A DNA stretch of 64,000 bases, taken from the NCBI GenBank assembly GCA_951406725.2, contig OX597820.1, positions 59,644,001 to 59,708,000 on the forward strand, read 5' to 3'. Positions within the stretch are counted from its first letter, which is position 1. Every line of letters starts with the position of its first letter. Positions 32,470 through 45,819 of the stretch are shown in pieces. Under the pieces are notes generated by a model, which was not told the origin of the DNA, ran no database searches, and saw only the letters and a program-made list of their open reading frames with translations. A program made the position numbers and the translations under genes. Origin of the DNA: Octopus vulgaris. Its lineage: Eukaryota.

Positions 32470-34890
32470 ACTAACTGTTACTTTCTCAGATGCAGCACAG
32501 AATTTTGTCAGTGAAGTCGCAGTCTCAAAACAATGAAAATATTTTGACAAATTAAATTTAAATATTAAAGTGAATCTAACGGTTTTTGTGTGTTTCTTAA
32601 ATGGCTTATAAACACCTTCCATGCTGCAATTGTTTTCGTTCCAGTACAGCAAAGTTTACCCTTACTAAATCCAAACTCCTGTCAGCTTTCTCTAATTACA
32701 CCCAAAGGCATAAACAAAAACTAACAAAGAATAAGACCCATGATCTTGACACCAAAATTAAGAAAGGCCTTAACAAATTAATAAATCATATAAAAAATAA
32801 GAGATTGTATGCTTCCCAACTGACAAATCAGTTAGAATGTCTGTTGACAACTTATCTAATTACATTTTGAACATGCAACCACACATTGAAAACGAAAAAG
32901 TCCTCAATGCTCACATGGGGATGCGGAGTATCATTCTCCAGTCTGAGGAATGCACAGCAAACAATTTCATAACTACCAACAATGAAATCCCACCCCTATA
33001 TGGCCTTCGAAAAGATCATAAGATCCACATGGATCATATACTTGGGCCACCTACCCGACCTGTTTGTGGTGCCAACAATGCAAACAACCACAAAATATCA
33101 TATTTTCTATCACAATTCATAAAACCCTTAATAGAGTTATCTGCAGATTTACGTGATAGTACTGAAGACCTCCTTAGCAGGATCCGCAAATGCAACAACA
33201 TGTGTGACCTCAGAGAGCAGATCGTAGGTATCATGGATGTGGTATCACTATATCCTTCCATTGATATAGACTTTGCTGTCGAAAAATGTATAAAGATAAT
33301 TAGTGAGAGCAATATGATATTTAAAAATGCGGACATATATGAACTAGGGCTCTTCCTGGCTCTGAATTGTACCAATGAGTATCTGTCACACAATAATCTT
33401 CTATATGCTTGTCCTACCCGTAACAAACGAGGTAGACCACCTACCATTACCTCAGCATACAAAAAGACCCATTGTGAACGCTAACAGGGTTTGATGAGGC
33501 AGACTACCCACCTTCAGATGTACAGGACATCAGAACTACTATTGCACATGCTATCGGTGTCAGCCTTAGAACTATACTTAAAACCCATATTTTTAAGTTT
33601 AACAAAAAACTGTATAAACAGACAAAAGTGGTGCTATTGGAGTAGGGATCGTCGGTGATGTTGCAAACCTCTTCATTGGATGGTGGGACAGACAGTTTAA
33701 ACAGTGCCTAGCGACCTGTAACATCCACTTAGCTATGTACTCTCTATACATTGACGACATTAACATTGTTGTGAAATGTAATAATAATACAGACACAGAG
33801 AATCTCTACTAAATGAAGAACAGGTGATGACAGCTATACAACACATGGCTAACTCTATCCATAGCAGTATAAAAGTTACCGTAGACTGCCCCTCTAAACA
33901 CCCCAGTAACAGATTACTTGTCCTAGATACTGAGCTGTGGATAGAAAATACTATGGTTAACGGAACTGTTAAATCCTGTTTACTCCACTCACACTCTTGT
34001 AAACCTATGGCTAATCCACTGGTAATCCGTAGTAACTCAACGATGTTGAGTACTAACAAGCTCAACATCCTGGTGGCAGACTTAGTTAGATTAATGAGAA
34101 ATGTATATCTCCACTATGCCAACCACAAGAACGACAACACATCCAGCACTTCATATTCCGAATGCAATGCCCCGGATACACACAATATGACAGAATCAGA
34201 GTGTACAAAGGAGCAAAACCAAGATTCAAACACATTCTAAGTGATGACGAAAACAGTGTATGGTTCCTATACCGCAACAAGTTCTGGAATAGGTTAGAGA
34301 GGGACACCAAGAAAAGAAATAAGACCAATACTTGGTATAACAAGAGATTTCACAGTGTAATGTTTGTTGATGCCACACCTAAGAACGAATTATGTAAGGC
34401 ATTCAAGAAAATCCTACACATAACTGGCCTTAAGATCAAGGTTGTAGAAAAAACAGGTAGGACTATCAAATCTGTATTATGTAGATCATATCCTTTCGAT
34501 AGATTCCCATGTCAAAATAATTGTGCAGTATGTTCCACAAACCCACATGTGAACTGTAAAACCAAGAACATTGTGCCAAGAAGGAGCTTGCAAGACTTAC
34601 CCAGAGTCATACATAGGTGAAACTTCTAGGAGTATCAATGATAGGTTCAAAGAACACCTGGACAACTACATTGAAAAGAAACCAAACTCCATCTTCTATC
34701 AGCTTGCTGTAGACTGTCACAAGGGCTCCTTAGGGAGACTTAAGTTAAACATTTTATCCACACATCCCACTGATGCAATGCTGAGACAGGTCAATAAATC
34801 TGTCTGTATACAAGAATACAAACCCACTCTCAACCAAAAATCCGAATGGAGTAACATCCAGATTCCACTCAGGATGACCATTCTATAACC
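32470..34890 (+). mobile_element. Penelope-like element (RT + GIY-YIG), multiply frameshifted
   Basis: PPLYGLRKDHK, PTRPV, MDVVSLYPSID, YIDD, and YIGETSRSINDRFKEH across ORFs 32837, 33824, 34162 and 34571. Confidence 0.9.
32501..32554 (+). ncRNA. Degenerate hammerhead ribozyme at the Penelope 5' end
   Basis: tttgtca...GAAA atat tt tgacaaa. The core carries a 3-nt deletion relative to the 46108 copy. Confidence 0.4.
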
Positions 34891-35166
34891 ACCCCTCTCT
34901 CTCTCTCTCTCTCATTTACAAGTAGTAATCCATGCATAAATGTTGAAATGCATGGTACTAAAATACATATATGCAGTTATATCTAACCGTACGAGCGTAC
35001 ATTGTTTGATACGTATGTACATATGTGTAGATGTATATGTGTGTATACGTATGTGTACGTGTAAATATACATATGAATTATATATGCATGCATGTAAAAA
35101 ATAAATAAAAAGAATAAATAGAATAAAATAAAACAAGTTTGAATTTTAACCATTGTCCTTGGAAAA

Positions 35167-36131
35167 ATTGTCATATATATGTATACGAACAGCCATGCTA
35201 CACGGCAGTGAAACATGGGCGGTGACTGCTGAAGATATGCGTAAGCTCGCAAGAAATGAAGCCAGTATGCTCCGATGGATGTGTAATGTCAGTGTTCATA
35301 CTAGACAGAGTGTAAGTACTTTGAGAGAAAAGTTGGACCTAAGAAGCATCAGTTGTGGTGTGCAAGAGAGACGTTTGCACTGGTATGGTCATGTGGCGAG
35401 AATGGATGTAGATAGTTGTTTGAAACAGTGCCACGCCATAGCAGTTGAGGGAACCTGTGGAAGAGGTAGACCCAGGAAAACCTGGGACGAGGTGGTGAAG
35501 CACGACCTTCGAACTTTAGGTTTCACCGAGGAAATGACTAGAGACCGAGACCTTTGGAAGTATGCTGTGCGTGAGAAGACCCGGCAGGACAAGTGAGGCC
35601 ATAATTCCGTGGCCTCTACCTGGGATGTAGCCAGCCCACTTATGCATTCCTTTCCTTCTTGGGACACAAAGCTCCACTTGTGAAGACCTGTTGAGGCAAG
35701 TGAAAATCAAAATCGTATTCGATCAACATCAATGGAATTTGTAGCTGTGATACCAGTGCTGGTGGCACGTAAGAGAACCATCCGAACGTGGCCATAGCCA
35801 GCACCGCCCTAACTGGCCTCCGTGCCGGTAGCACGTAAAAAGCACCATCCGATTCATGGCCGTTGCCAGCTTCGTCTGGTCTCCGTGCCGGTGGCACATA
35901 AAAATCACCATCCGATCGTGGCCGTTTGCCAGCATCGTCTGCCACCTGTACCGGCGGCACGTAAAAAGCACCCACTACACTCACAGAGTGGTTGGCGTTA
36001 GGAAGGGCATTCAGCTGTAGAAACACTGCCAAATCAGACTGGGCCTGGTGCAGCCTTCTGGCTTCCCAGACCCCAGTTGAACCGTCCAACCCATGCGAGC
36101 ATGGAAAGTGGACGTTAAATGATGATGATGA
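35167..36131 (+). mobile_element. RTE LINE 3' fragment
   Basis: ORF 35153..35596 is nearly identical to the C-terminus of 26014..28425; 3' UTR repeats and GAT tail present. Confidence 0.92.
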
Positions 36132-36147
36132 TATATATATATAGAAA

Positions 36148-37090
36148 TAGGGTTGGCAACTAAGTTCCCGCCGTTTTTTTTTATTTAAATTGTTTAAAAG
36201 GTTTAATGAAAAAATAACAACTAATTAATCAATAATGTATTCACTTTTGTTGTTTACAACTTCTTCCCAATGTTCAAAAAGATTTTCAATACCTTGTTGG
36301 TAGAAATCACTCGATTTCGACTCGAAAAATTGATCCAACTAAGCTCTCAATTCTGTATCAGTACTGAACGAAACTCTGTGCATAGCATTTGAAAGAGATC
36401 GAAAGAGGTAGAAATCCGTTGGTGCAAAATCAGGAGAGTACGGCGGATGTGGCAGTACTTTCCAGTCATGCGTTTGAATTGCTTCCTTGGTCATATTGGC
36501 GATATGTGGGGTGGGCAATGCTGTGCAGCAGAAGAACTCATGCTGCCGATTAAATCTTTTCTCTTGAATAGCCGTGTTGAGTCGTTCCATCTCTTGAACA
36601 TAGAATTCTGCATTGACCATGTGGTTCCATTCAAGCAATTCGTAAGGTATAATCCCCTTCCAGTCCGACCATACGCACAACATCATTTTATGCAGATGGA
36701 GATCTTGTTTCATGTGCAGTGTCGCTTGTTTACCAGAGCTCAGCCATTCCTTTCCGCTGCTTCATTTTGATGTACAGGCACCATATTTTGTCGCCTGTGA
36801 TGATTCGGTAAATAAATCGTTGCTTTTGTCCATGAGTTGAGCGGTGATGAGCAAGCAAACCTGCAGAGATTGTGGCTCATTGATTTTTGTTGTTGTCACT
36901 TAAAGCATTCGGAACCCATCCTCCATACATCTGCACCTTTCCCATCGAATAAAGATGCTTCTCTATAGCAGTGTGGGAGCATTCCATTTTCTCTCATAGT
37001 TCCCTTGCCTTTTGACAAGGATTTTAGTGCAAAAGTCGGTTTAATCGCTCTTCCTCGAACTCAACTGGATAGCCAGAACGAGATTATTAA
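36148..37090 (-). mobile_element. Mariner-like transposon remnant (one TIR-like end at 36148)
   Basis: MMLCVWSDWKGII.YELL...VLPHPPYSPDFAPTDFYLFRSLSN. A further fragment lies at about 37955-38115. Confidence 0.85.
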
Positions 37091-37092
37091 TT

Positions 37093-37748
37093 ATCATCAT
37101 CATCATCATCATCGTGTAGTGTCCGTTTTCCATGCTAGCATGGGTTGGACGGTTCTACTGGGGTCTGTGAAGCCAGAAGGCTTCATCAGGCCCAGTCAAA
37201 TCTGGCAGTGTTTCTACGGCTGGATGCCCTTCCTAACGCCAACCACTCCGTGAGTGTAGTGGGTGCTTTTTACGTGCCACCCGCACAGGTGCCAAAGAGA
37301 GCTGGCAAACGGCCACGAACGGATGGTGCTTTTTATGTGCCACCGGCACGAGGGCCAGGCGAGGCTGGCAACGGACACGAACGGATGGTGCTTTTTACGT
37401 GCCACCGGCACGAGGCCAGTCGGGGTGGCGCTGGCAATGGTCGCGAAACGGAAGGTTCTCTTACATGCCACCGGCACTGGTAACACATCTGCAATTTCCA
37501 TTGATCGATTTCGATTCTGATCCTCACTTGCCTCAACAGGTCTTCACAAGTAGAGTTTTGTGTCCCAAGAAGGGAAGGTATGCATACGTAGGCTGGCTCC
37601 ATCCCATGTAGAAGGCCACGGGTTATGGTCTCACTTGTCCTGCCGGGTCTTCTCGCGCACAGCACACTTCCAGAGGTCTCGGTCTCTAGTCATTTCCTCA
37701 GTGAGACCTAAAGTTCGAAGGTCGTGCTTCACCACCTCGTCCCAGGTT
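37093..37748 (-). mobile_element. RTE LINE 3' fragment (antisense)
   Basis: KTWDEVVKHDLRTLGLTEEM...RQDK, 3' UTR and (GAT)n tail on the minus strand. Confidence 0.92.
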
Positions 37749-37829
37749 TTATGAATTTTATAAATTATAAATTGATTAATTAATTTCATCTTTATTATTA
37801 TTGATTTATATATATTATTGATATATATA

Positions 37830-37862
<33 letters not shown>

Positions 37863-39179
37863 TGAAACAGAGACAGAAATATATATATAGATAGATGATA
37901 GATAGATAGAAAGATAGTCAAACAGACCTCCTTAAAAAATCTCTCTCTATCTGAATTTGGTGATATGAGGGAAGACGTTGTCATGATGCAGAGGAGCTCC
38001 ATGCTACCGATTAGGTCTTTTCTCTTGAATAGCCTTGTTGTGTTGTTCCATCCGTTGAACATAGAGTTCCACGTTGACCGTTTGGCTCTGTTCAATCAGT
38101 TCGTAATGGATAATCTTCTACACAGCCCCTGTCAATTTCCTGCACATGAATGCTCCTGACGCTACACACTCTTAAATCCCCACATTATATCTATTTTCCT
38201 ACATGCGTGTATCGCTATGTACTAAACATAGCCATTTGTATGCGGTATAGAAATATGCATGATGCGCAACGGATGTTATCATGTAACCACTATTCCTTTT
38301 CATAATGTAAACATAATATCTTTACAAATACGTGTAACAGGAAATCGCTATATCCTATGGTAAACAGTAGAATAACTACATGTTGCCTTCCTTGGTTACA
38401 TTTCTGCTATTGTATTAGCGAATGTGGTATGATTGAATATTTGTTACTTATAAAACGAGATGTCTTCTACTTCACGAAAGGAACAAGACTTATTAGAAAA
38501 GAAAAGTGTAAAGTACAGAGATGGAGGCAACAAAGTGAATGACGAGTAGCAGCCGCGAGACGAACAAGGTGGACCTATGTCGAAGTTATCTTGTACGAGA
38601 GTCAGAGAGACAACTAACCATATAGCCCTAACCCTAAACCTCACCCAAACACACATACATACAGGAGCACGTATACAGATGCCCAACGCACAGACGTACA
38701 CGCATACACAGACCTTCACACACACACACGCAGATACATAATGGTGAAAAGAGGACAAGTTGGGAATTTATGGCAGTCGAGAAGGCATAACGGTTAAATA
38801 AAGTTTATCACAGTTACAGAAAATTAAATCGACATTAAGTTATGTTTGTTTACACATGTTATACATCAAAATCCATTTTTAGTCAATATATTCATAAAAG
38901 CAATAACTTACAAACAATTTCCAGTGAAAAACACGACAAATATTTCCAGATCGAAAAGAAATTCCCGCTGTTGATACAGACGACAATCCCACAATGCTTT
39001 GCGAAAAGTCAGAGACCAATTTTCAGCCGCTATAGTTCCGTATTTGCAAAGTGATAAATTATTATACAAACTACAGTTTATTTTGACAACTAACAAATAA
39101 TACTTGTAAGAATTATTCTTTCTTAAAGTAAAATATAATTTCAGCATATATGAGACATGTTTCTAAGATTTTGTTGTTA

Positions 39180-39210
<31 letters not shown>

Positions 39211-39221
39211 AAGTTATACGG

Positions 39222-39630
39222 TATATACTCTTTTACTTGTTTCAGTCATTTGACTGCGGCCATGCTGGAGCACCGCCTTTAGTCGAGCAAATCGACCCCG
39301 GGACTTATTCTTTGTAAGCCCAGTACTTATTCAATCGGTCTCTTTTGCCGAACCGCTAAGTGACGGGGACGTAAACACACCAGCATCGGTTGTCAAGCAA
39401 TGCTAGGGGGGACAAACACAGACACACAAACATATACACACACACTTATATATATATACATATATACGACAGGCTTCTTTCAGTTTCCGTCTACCAAATC
39501 CACTCACAAGGCATTGGTCGGCCCGAGGCTATAGCAGAAGACACTTGCCCAAGATGCCACGCAGTGGGACTGAACCCGGAACCATGTGGTTGGTTAGCAA
39601 GCTACTTACACACAGCCACTCCTGCGCCTA
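39222..39630 (-). mobile_element. tRNA-derived SINE, full length, young-looking
   Basis: Complete from head to tail; flanked by a possible TSD, tatatactc. Confidence 0.9.
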
Positions 39631-40113
39631 TATACTCAGGTATTTTTTCCCCTGAAATTTTCACCTGAAGTTGGGGGTGCGACTTATAAGCGCCTCCTAT
39701 AAAAAATCCTAAGATTTTTCCAGAAAGACTTCTGTTCTTCGCCCCGCCATTTTTTCCCAAATTTGAACCATCCATAAAAACCATCGTGTCTTAACATAAC
39801 TTCATACACATTCATGTATGTCACCAGTGACGGTTGAATAATACATAAGATCTAGAGCTGTTAGAAATAGCAGCCAAATGCCCCTTACAATAATACCATT
39901 GTGTCTTAAATTCCTACATATTCTTTTGTTTTGGCATGGCTAAACAATTATATATAAAGTCTTTGAAGCATTGTATTTTGGGAATTATTATTTTGGCATT
40001 GCAGAGACAAGCTGTATCTTTTTTTCTGCTCCAATACCATCATTACATAACTTTTTTTTAAAATAGATTAGAGAATATTAACTTCTTTATATTCTGGAGA
40101 ATTTCTGAAGAAA

Positions 40114-40302
40114 TCTATCCCTCCTTCCATCCATCCATCCATCCATCCATCAATCCACCCATCCAACCATCCATCTATCCGTCCATCAATCTATCCATCC
40201 ATCCATCCATCCATCCATCCATCTATCAATCCATCCATCCATCCATCAATGCATCCATCCGTCTATCCATCCATCCATCTATCCATCCATCCATCCATCC
40301 AT

Positions 40303-40335
<33 letters not shown>

Positions 40336-42000
40336 AATGCATCCATCCATACATCTATCCATCCATCCATCCATCCATCCATCCATCCATCCATCCATCA
40401 ATCCATCCATCCATCCATCAATCCATCCATCCATCCATCCATCCATCAAACCATACATCGATCCATCCATCTATCCATTCATCCATACATCCATCACTCA
40501 ACACATCCATCTAGCCATCCATCCATCCATCCATCCAACCAACCAACCATCCATCCATCCATCCATCCATCCATCAATCCACCTATCCATCTATCCATCC
40601 ATGCATGCATCCATCCAACCATCCTTCCATCCAAGCATCCATCCATCCATCCATCCATGCACGCATGCATCCATCCATCTATCCATCCATCCATCATGCA
40701 TGCATCCATCCATCCATCCATCCATGCATCCAACCATCCATCAATTCATCAATCCATTTATCCATCCATCCATCCATTTATCCATCCATCTATCCATCCA
40801 TCCATCCATCCATCCATCCATCCATCCATTCATGCATCCATGCATCTATCCATCCATCCATCCATGCATTCATCCATCTATCCATCCATCCATGCATCCA
40901 ACCATCCATCCATTTATCCATCCATCTATCCATCCATCCTTCAATCTATACATCCATCCATCTATCCAACAATTTCCGACCTGTGGGCTTATGTCGAACA
41001 ACTGCTGTCACGTGTGGGACGAGTCAGTTTATCAGCTGAGTCTATCATCAATATTGTCACGCCTCCTTCCTTCAAACGGGAAGGAAGAGCTATTTTCATC
41101 ATCCTTGTGGCTATGGCGAAGGAATGTATCTGGTGGACGCGTCTGAAAGGATTGGAGACAAACACTTTCCTCTCTGGTCAATCTCTCATCAACTTCTTCA
41201 AGTACCACTTGAAAAGGAAAGTGAGAGTAGAGAGGCAAGTTTTGTCTAGCGAATGTTTCAAAAAAAGATGGGTGAATGTAGCAAGGATGGCACGTATGAA
41301 TGACGAAGCCACCTTGAGCATGATCCTATGAACCCAGAAATTGAAAACTGAGGGTTACCCACTTGCAAACAAATGTGGTAACATATAACAATATTGACCA
41401 AGGTTACCGTGGTCTTTTTCGTAGGCTTTTCTGCCCACGGATAAACCTTACTTGCTTTCCCCTTTACACCATATATCATAACACTGTGATACACGATCCC
41501 TATTGATCGTTTTTTTTTTCCTCTCCCCCTTTTTTTCCACTTTTTTCTTCTTTTTTCATTTCTCCTTTCTTTTGTTCCTTTTCCTTTTCTTTTTTTTTCT
41601 TTTTTTTATTTATTTATTTTTTTTTTTGTTCTTTTCTTCTCTTTTACGATCCCTTTTGATCGAAAACCTACGCCATCCATTTTTTTTGTTTTTTTCATCC
41701 CCGAAAAGAAAAGCTCTACCTTGTAACTTGTCCCATCTGTGTGCAGCCCTGTGTGACCAATAAAGAAACCTATCCATCAATCCCTCCATCCATCCATCCC
41801 TCTATCAATCCATCTATCAATCCATTCATCAATCCATCCATCCATCCATCTACCATCCATCCATCCATCCATCCATCCATCCATCCATCCATCCATCCAT
41901 CCATCCATCCATCCATCCATCCATCCATATATCCATCCACCCATCTATCTATCCAGCAATCCATCCATTCATCCATCCATGCATCCATGCATCCATCTAT
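40114..42000. repeat. (ATCC)n microsatellite, split by a Tx1/L1 fragment
   Basis: Direct reading: 40114-40965 and 41770-42000. Confidence 0.95.
40970..41768 (+). mobile_element. Tx1/L1-clade non-LTR element, 3' fragment
   Basis: LWAYVEQLL...[13 protein letters not shown]...CFKKRW is an L1/Tx1-type C-terminus. T-rich 3' UTR ending in AATAAAGAAAC. Confidence 0.7.
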
Positions 42001-42408
42001 AGTTCCGTATTTCCTCGGTGATAAATTAATCAATTGTAAATTAAATTATATACATTTATAGTTTATTTTGACAAATAAACTAAGCTAAAATAAAATATTT
42101 CCAGGTTGAAGAGAAATTCCCGCTGTTGAAACAATACAAACAATAATCCCACAATGCTTTGCGAAAAGTCAGAGACCAATTTTCAGCCGCTATATTTCCC
42201 TTCTTCATTAAATGCTAACGTTAACATACGCTTGACTATTGTTTGCCATGTGGATGTCGTCTCTCAGTAATTTCTCAATAAGTTTATTTGTTGGTAAGTT
42301 TACAGGAGGTTGAATGATAGATATTCCTATGTGTATGTATGTATATATATATATATAAATAAATAAAAACTCTGTGTGTGTGTGTATAAATAGATAGATA
42401 GATAGATA

Positions 42409-42625
42409 TGTTTCTTTATTAGCCACACAGGGCTGCACACAGACAGGACAAATTACAAGGTAGAGCTTTTCTTTTGGGGGTAAAAAAGGGGGTTTGGTTT
42501 TCGATCAAAAGTGATCATAAAAGGAAAGAAAGAGGAAAAAAAAAATAGATAGATAGATATGTTTCTTTATTAGCCACACTGGGCTGAACACAGGGGACAA
42601 ATTACAAAGTAGAGCTTTTCTTTTT
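42409..42625 (-). mobile_element. Two short 3' stubs of the same Tx1/L1-like element
   Basis: Reverse complements of 41640-41768, each ending at (ATCT)n. Confidence 0.75.
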
Positions 42626-43313
42626 AGAGAGATAGATAGATAGAGACAGACAGGACAAGGTATTTTGGATTCATTCTGCCTAGCTACTTGCTTATACTGA
42701 TGCAAAATAGGACTTCCTTTCAAGTGTGTGTATGTATGTATGCATGTGAAAAAATATTGTTAAAGGCAGATAGATTAATTAGCATTTAACAAATGTCCAG
42801 TAGGTGTTTATCTACTTCTCTCTCGCTCACCTCTCCCCTCTCTCTCCTCTCCCTTCTCTCTCCTACACATTCTCTCTCTCCCTCCCTCTCTCTCTCTTTC
42901 TCTCTACTTTTTCCTTTATCTTTCTACCTCCTTCCCTGTTCAGGTGCCATCTAAAGGTGTGCTAGAAATTCTCAAATATATGCCATATGTTCCTGTGGTT
43001 TACATTAAGCACAACTGCGAAACTGCATTCTATTAAAGAAAAGCCGAACCATAATACTAAGATAACAACCAAGCAGCATTCTCTAGACTAGCTAGGAACA
43101 GCTGTGTGATAATCACATGATAAATTCATATGGGAGCACATGAATTGCCATCTGCCCTTTCTTAATGCTCTTATTGAAAGGTGTATTTCGTATGAAAGTA
43201 CATACTTCTGTAAAACTTCTAAACTTCATATGGTAACTGGAAGCCAACGTGGAAGCTTCTACATGTTCACGAAGGCTAATGAGAGAGCCTTCTATATATA
43301 TATATATATATAT

Positions 43314-44588
43314 CCGAATCGTGGCCGAAGCCAGTGCCACCTCGACTGGCTTCCGTGCCGGTGGCACGTAAAATGCACCAATCCGACCATGGCCAATGCC
43401 AGCCTCACCTGGTACCAGTGCAGGTGGCACGTAAAAAGCACCCACTACACTCACGGAGTAGTTGGCGTTAGGAAGGGCATCCAGCTGTAGAAACATTGCC
43501 AGATAAGAGCGGAGCCTGGTGCAGCCTTCTGGCTTCCCAGATCCCCGGTCGAACCGTCCAACCCATGCTAGCATGGAGAACGGACGTTAAACGATGATAT
43601 ATATATATATATATGTATGTATGTATGTATGTATGATGTCTGTCTATATGCCTGTATGTCTGTGAAATCAAAACAAATCAAATCAAATCAAAACAAATCA
43701 AAATAGATGAACATTAATGGAATTGTATCTTTGTGGTACCAGTGCCGGTGGCACACAAGAAAACCATCCGAACGTGGCTGTAGCCAGTACCGCACCGACT
43801 GGCCTCCGTGCTGTGGGCACGTAACAAACACCATCCGATCGTGGCCGTTCGCCAGCCTCATCTGGCACCTGTGTCGGTGGCACATAAAAACACCATCCGA
43901 AGACCCGGCAAGACTAGTCAGGCCATAACCTGTGGCCCCTACCTGGGACGTAGTCAGTCCACCTGTGCATACCTTCCTTCTTGTGACATTTGTGAAGACC
44001 TGTTGAGGCAAATGAAAATCAAAACAAATCAAAATAGATGAACATCAATGGAATTTGTATCTTTGTGGTACCAGTGCCGGTGGCACGTGGCACACAAGAA
44101 AACCATCCGAACGTGGCCGTAGCCAGTACCGCATCGACTGGCCTCCGTGCTGTGGGCACGTAACAAACACCATCCGATCGTGGCCGTTTGCCAGCCTCAT
44201 CTGGCACCTGTGTCGGTGGCACATAAAAACACCATCCGAGCGTGGCCGTCTGCCAGCCTCGTCTGGCATCTGTGTCGGTGGCACATAAAAACACCATCCG
44301 AGCGTGGCCGTCTGCCAGCCTCGTCTGGCACCTGTGTCGGTGGCACATAAAAAACACCATCCGAGCGTGGCCGTTTGCCAGCCTCGTCTGGCACCTGTGT
44401 CGGTGGCACATAAAATCACCCACTACACTCTCGGAGTGGTTGGCGTTAGGAAGGGCATCCAGCTGTAGAAACACTGCCAGATCTGACTGGACTGGTGCAG
44501 CTTTCGGGCTCCCCAGACCCCAGTTGAACCGTCCAACCCATGCTAGCATGGAAAGCGGACGTTAAATGATGATGATGATGATGATGAT
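43314..44588 (+). mobile_element. Cluster of RTE 3' ends (43314-43598; 43665-44588 with an internal duplication)
   Basis: About 61-bp repeats, gtccaacccatgctagcatgg and GAT tails. Confidence 0.88.
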
Positions 44589-44589
44589 A

Positions 44590-44760
44590 GGGGTGAGCTG
44601 GCAGAATCGTTAGCACGCCGGGTGAAATGCTTTGCGGTATTTCGTCTGCCACTGCATTCTGAGTTCAAATTCCGCCGAGGTCGACTTTGCCTTTCATCCA
44701 TTAGGGGTCAATAAATTAAGTACCAGTTACGCATTGGGGGTCGATGTAATCGACTTAATT
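44590..44760 (+). mobile_element. SINE of a second family (tRNA-like head plus conserved central domain)
   Basis: tggcagaatcgttagc...gagttcaaattcc A/B boxes, followed by gactttgcctttcatcc...taaattaagtaccag. Confidence 0.7.
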
Positions 44761-45681
44761 ATATATATATATATATATATATAATTGCATGCATGTATGC
44801 ATAGATATTAGTGTTTAAACATTGTGTTAAAGATCATTTTGGATAGAAAAAAGCAGAAATTGCTTGTTTTACAATCAAATAGTTTTCAATTAGTCCCACT
44901 GTGCAACACCTTCAGCAGTTGTCTTCTGCCTTAGCTTTTGGAAGTGAATATGATAGAGAGAAACTCTACAGAAGTGTGTGTGTCCACTCTTCCCTTGACA
45001 ACTGGTACTAGTTGGTTTATGTTCTCTCTTTTATACTCATTTTCACCTTCGAAGAAATTAGTTGACATTGAATCTAGAAAGGAATTGGCTCTGCCAGACT
45101 TAAAATGCTTAAGACATGCCCACATATCTCTATGACTACGTCAGGTGTTGAAGTTACTAAGCAGGAAGAATTATAATACTACATTTTACAGCTTACACTG
45201 AAAACAATTGTTCAATAGCAGTGAGGCATAGATAATAACAGAAACACTGGATGAAGATATGAATAGAGTTTCATTTATCCACCATAAGGTCTAGTCCTTG
45301 TTCCAGGGTGGTAGCTTGAGTACCTCAGTGAGCCCGTGAGTTATGCCAGTGGAGAACAAGCTCCTTGTAGACCTTCCAATGCTGGACAGGTCAAAGGATA
45401 GAGGCCAGACTTAATATGGATTACCTATTCTCGGAGATAAAATATAGAAAAGAAGTATATATATAAATGCACATTAAGTACAGGATATCACCAAGTGAAA
45501 AATATGTAAACAAATGAGAGATAAATACAGGACAAAATACCAAAACAAATACAACAAGTACAGGACATCACCAACGAGTGAAAACTACATAAACACACGA
45601 GAGAGATAAGTACAGGACAAATTCCAAAAGAAGATAACTTGCTCATCAGTTGTCACCTGTTTTACTACTCCCTACTTCATG

Positions 45682-45724
45682 CTCTATCTATTTCTGTCTA
45701 TATATTTATCTATGTTACAATCTG

Positions 45725-45819
<95 letters not shown>

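Noticed and set aside
38960-39020. Hammerhead-like CTGTTGA...GAAAAGTC
   Set aside because: Core mismatch, no convincing stems I or III, and not conserved in the 46.6-kb copy.
45600-45690. CTGATGA on the minus strand
   Set aside because: No properly placed stem II/GAAA/NUH partner found.
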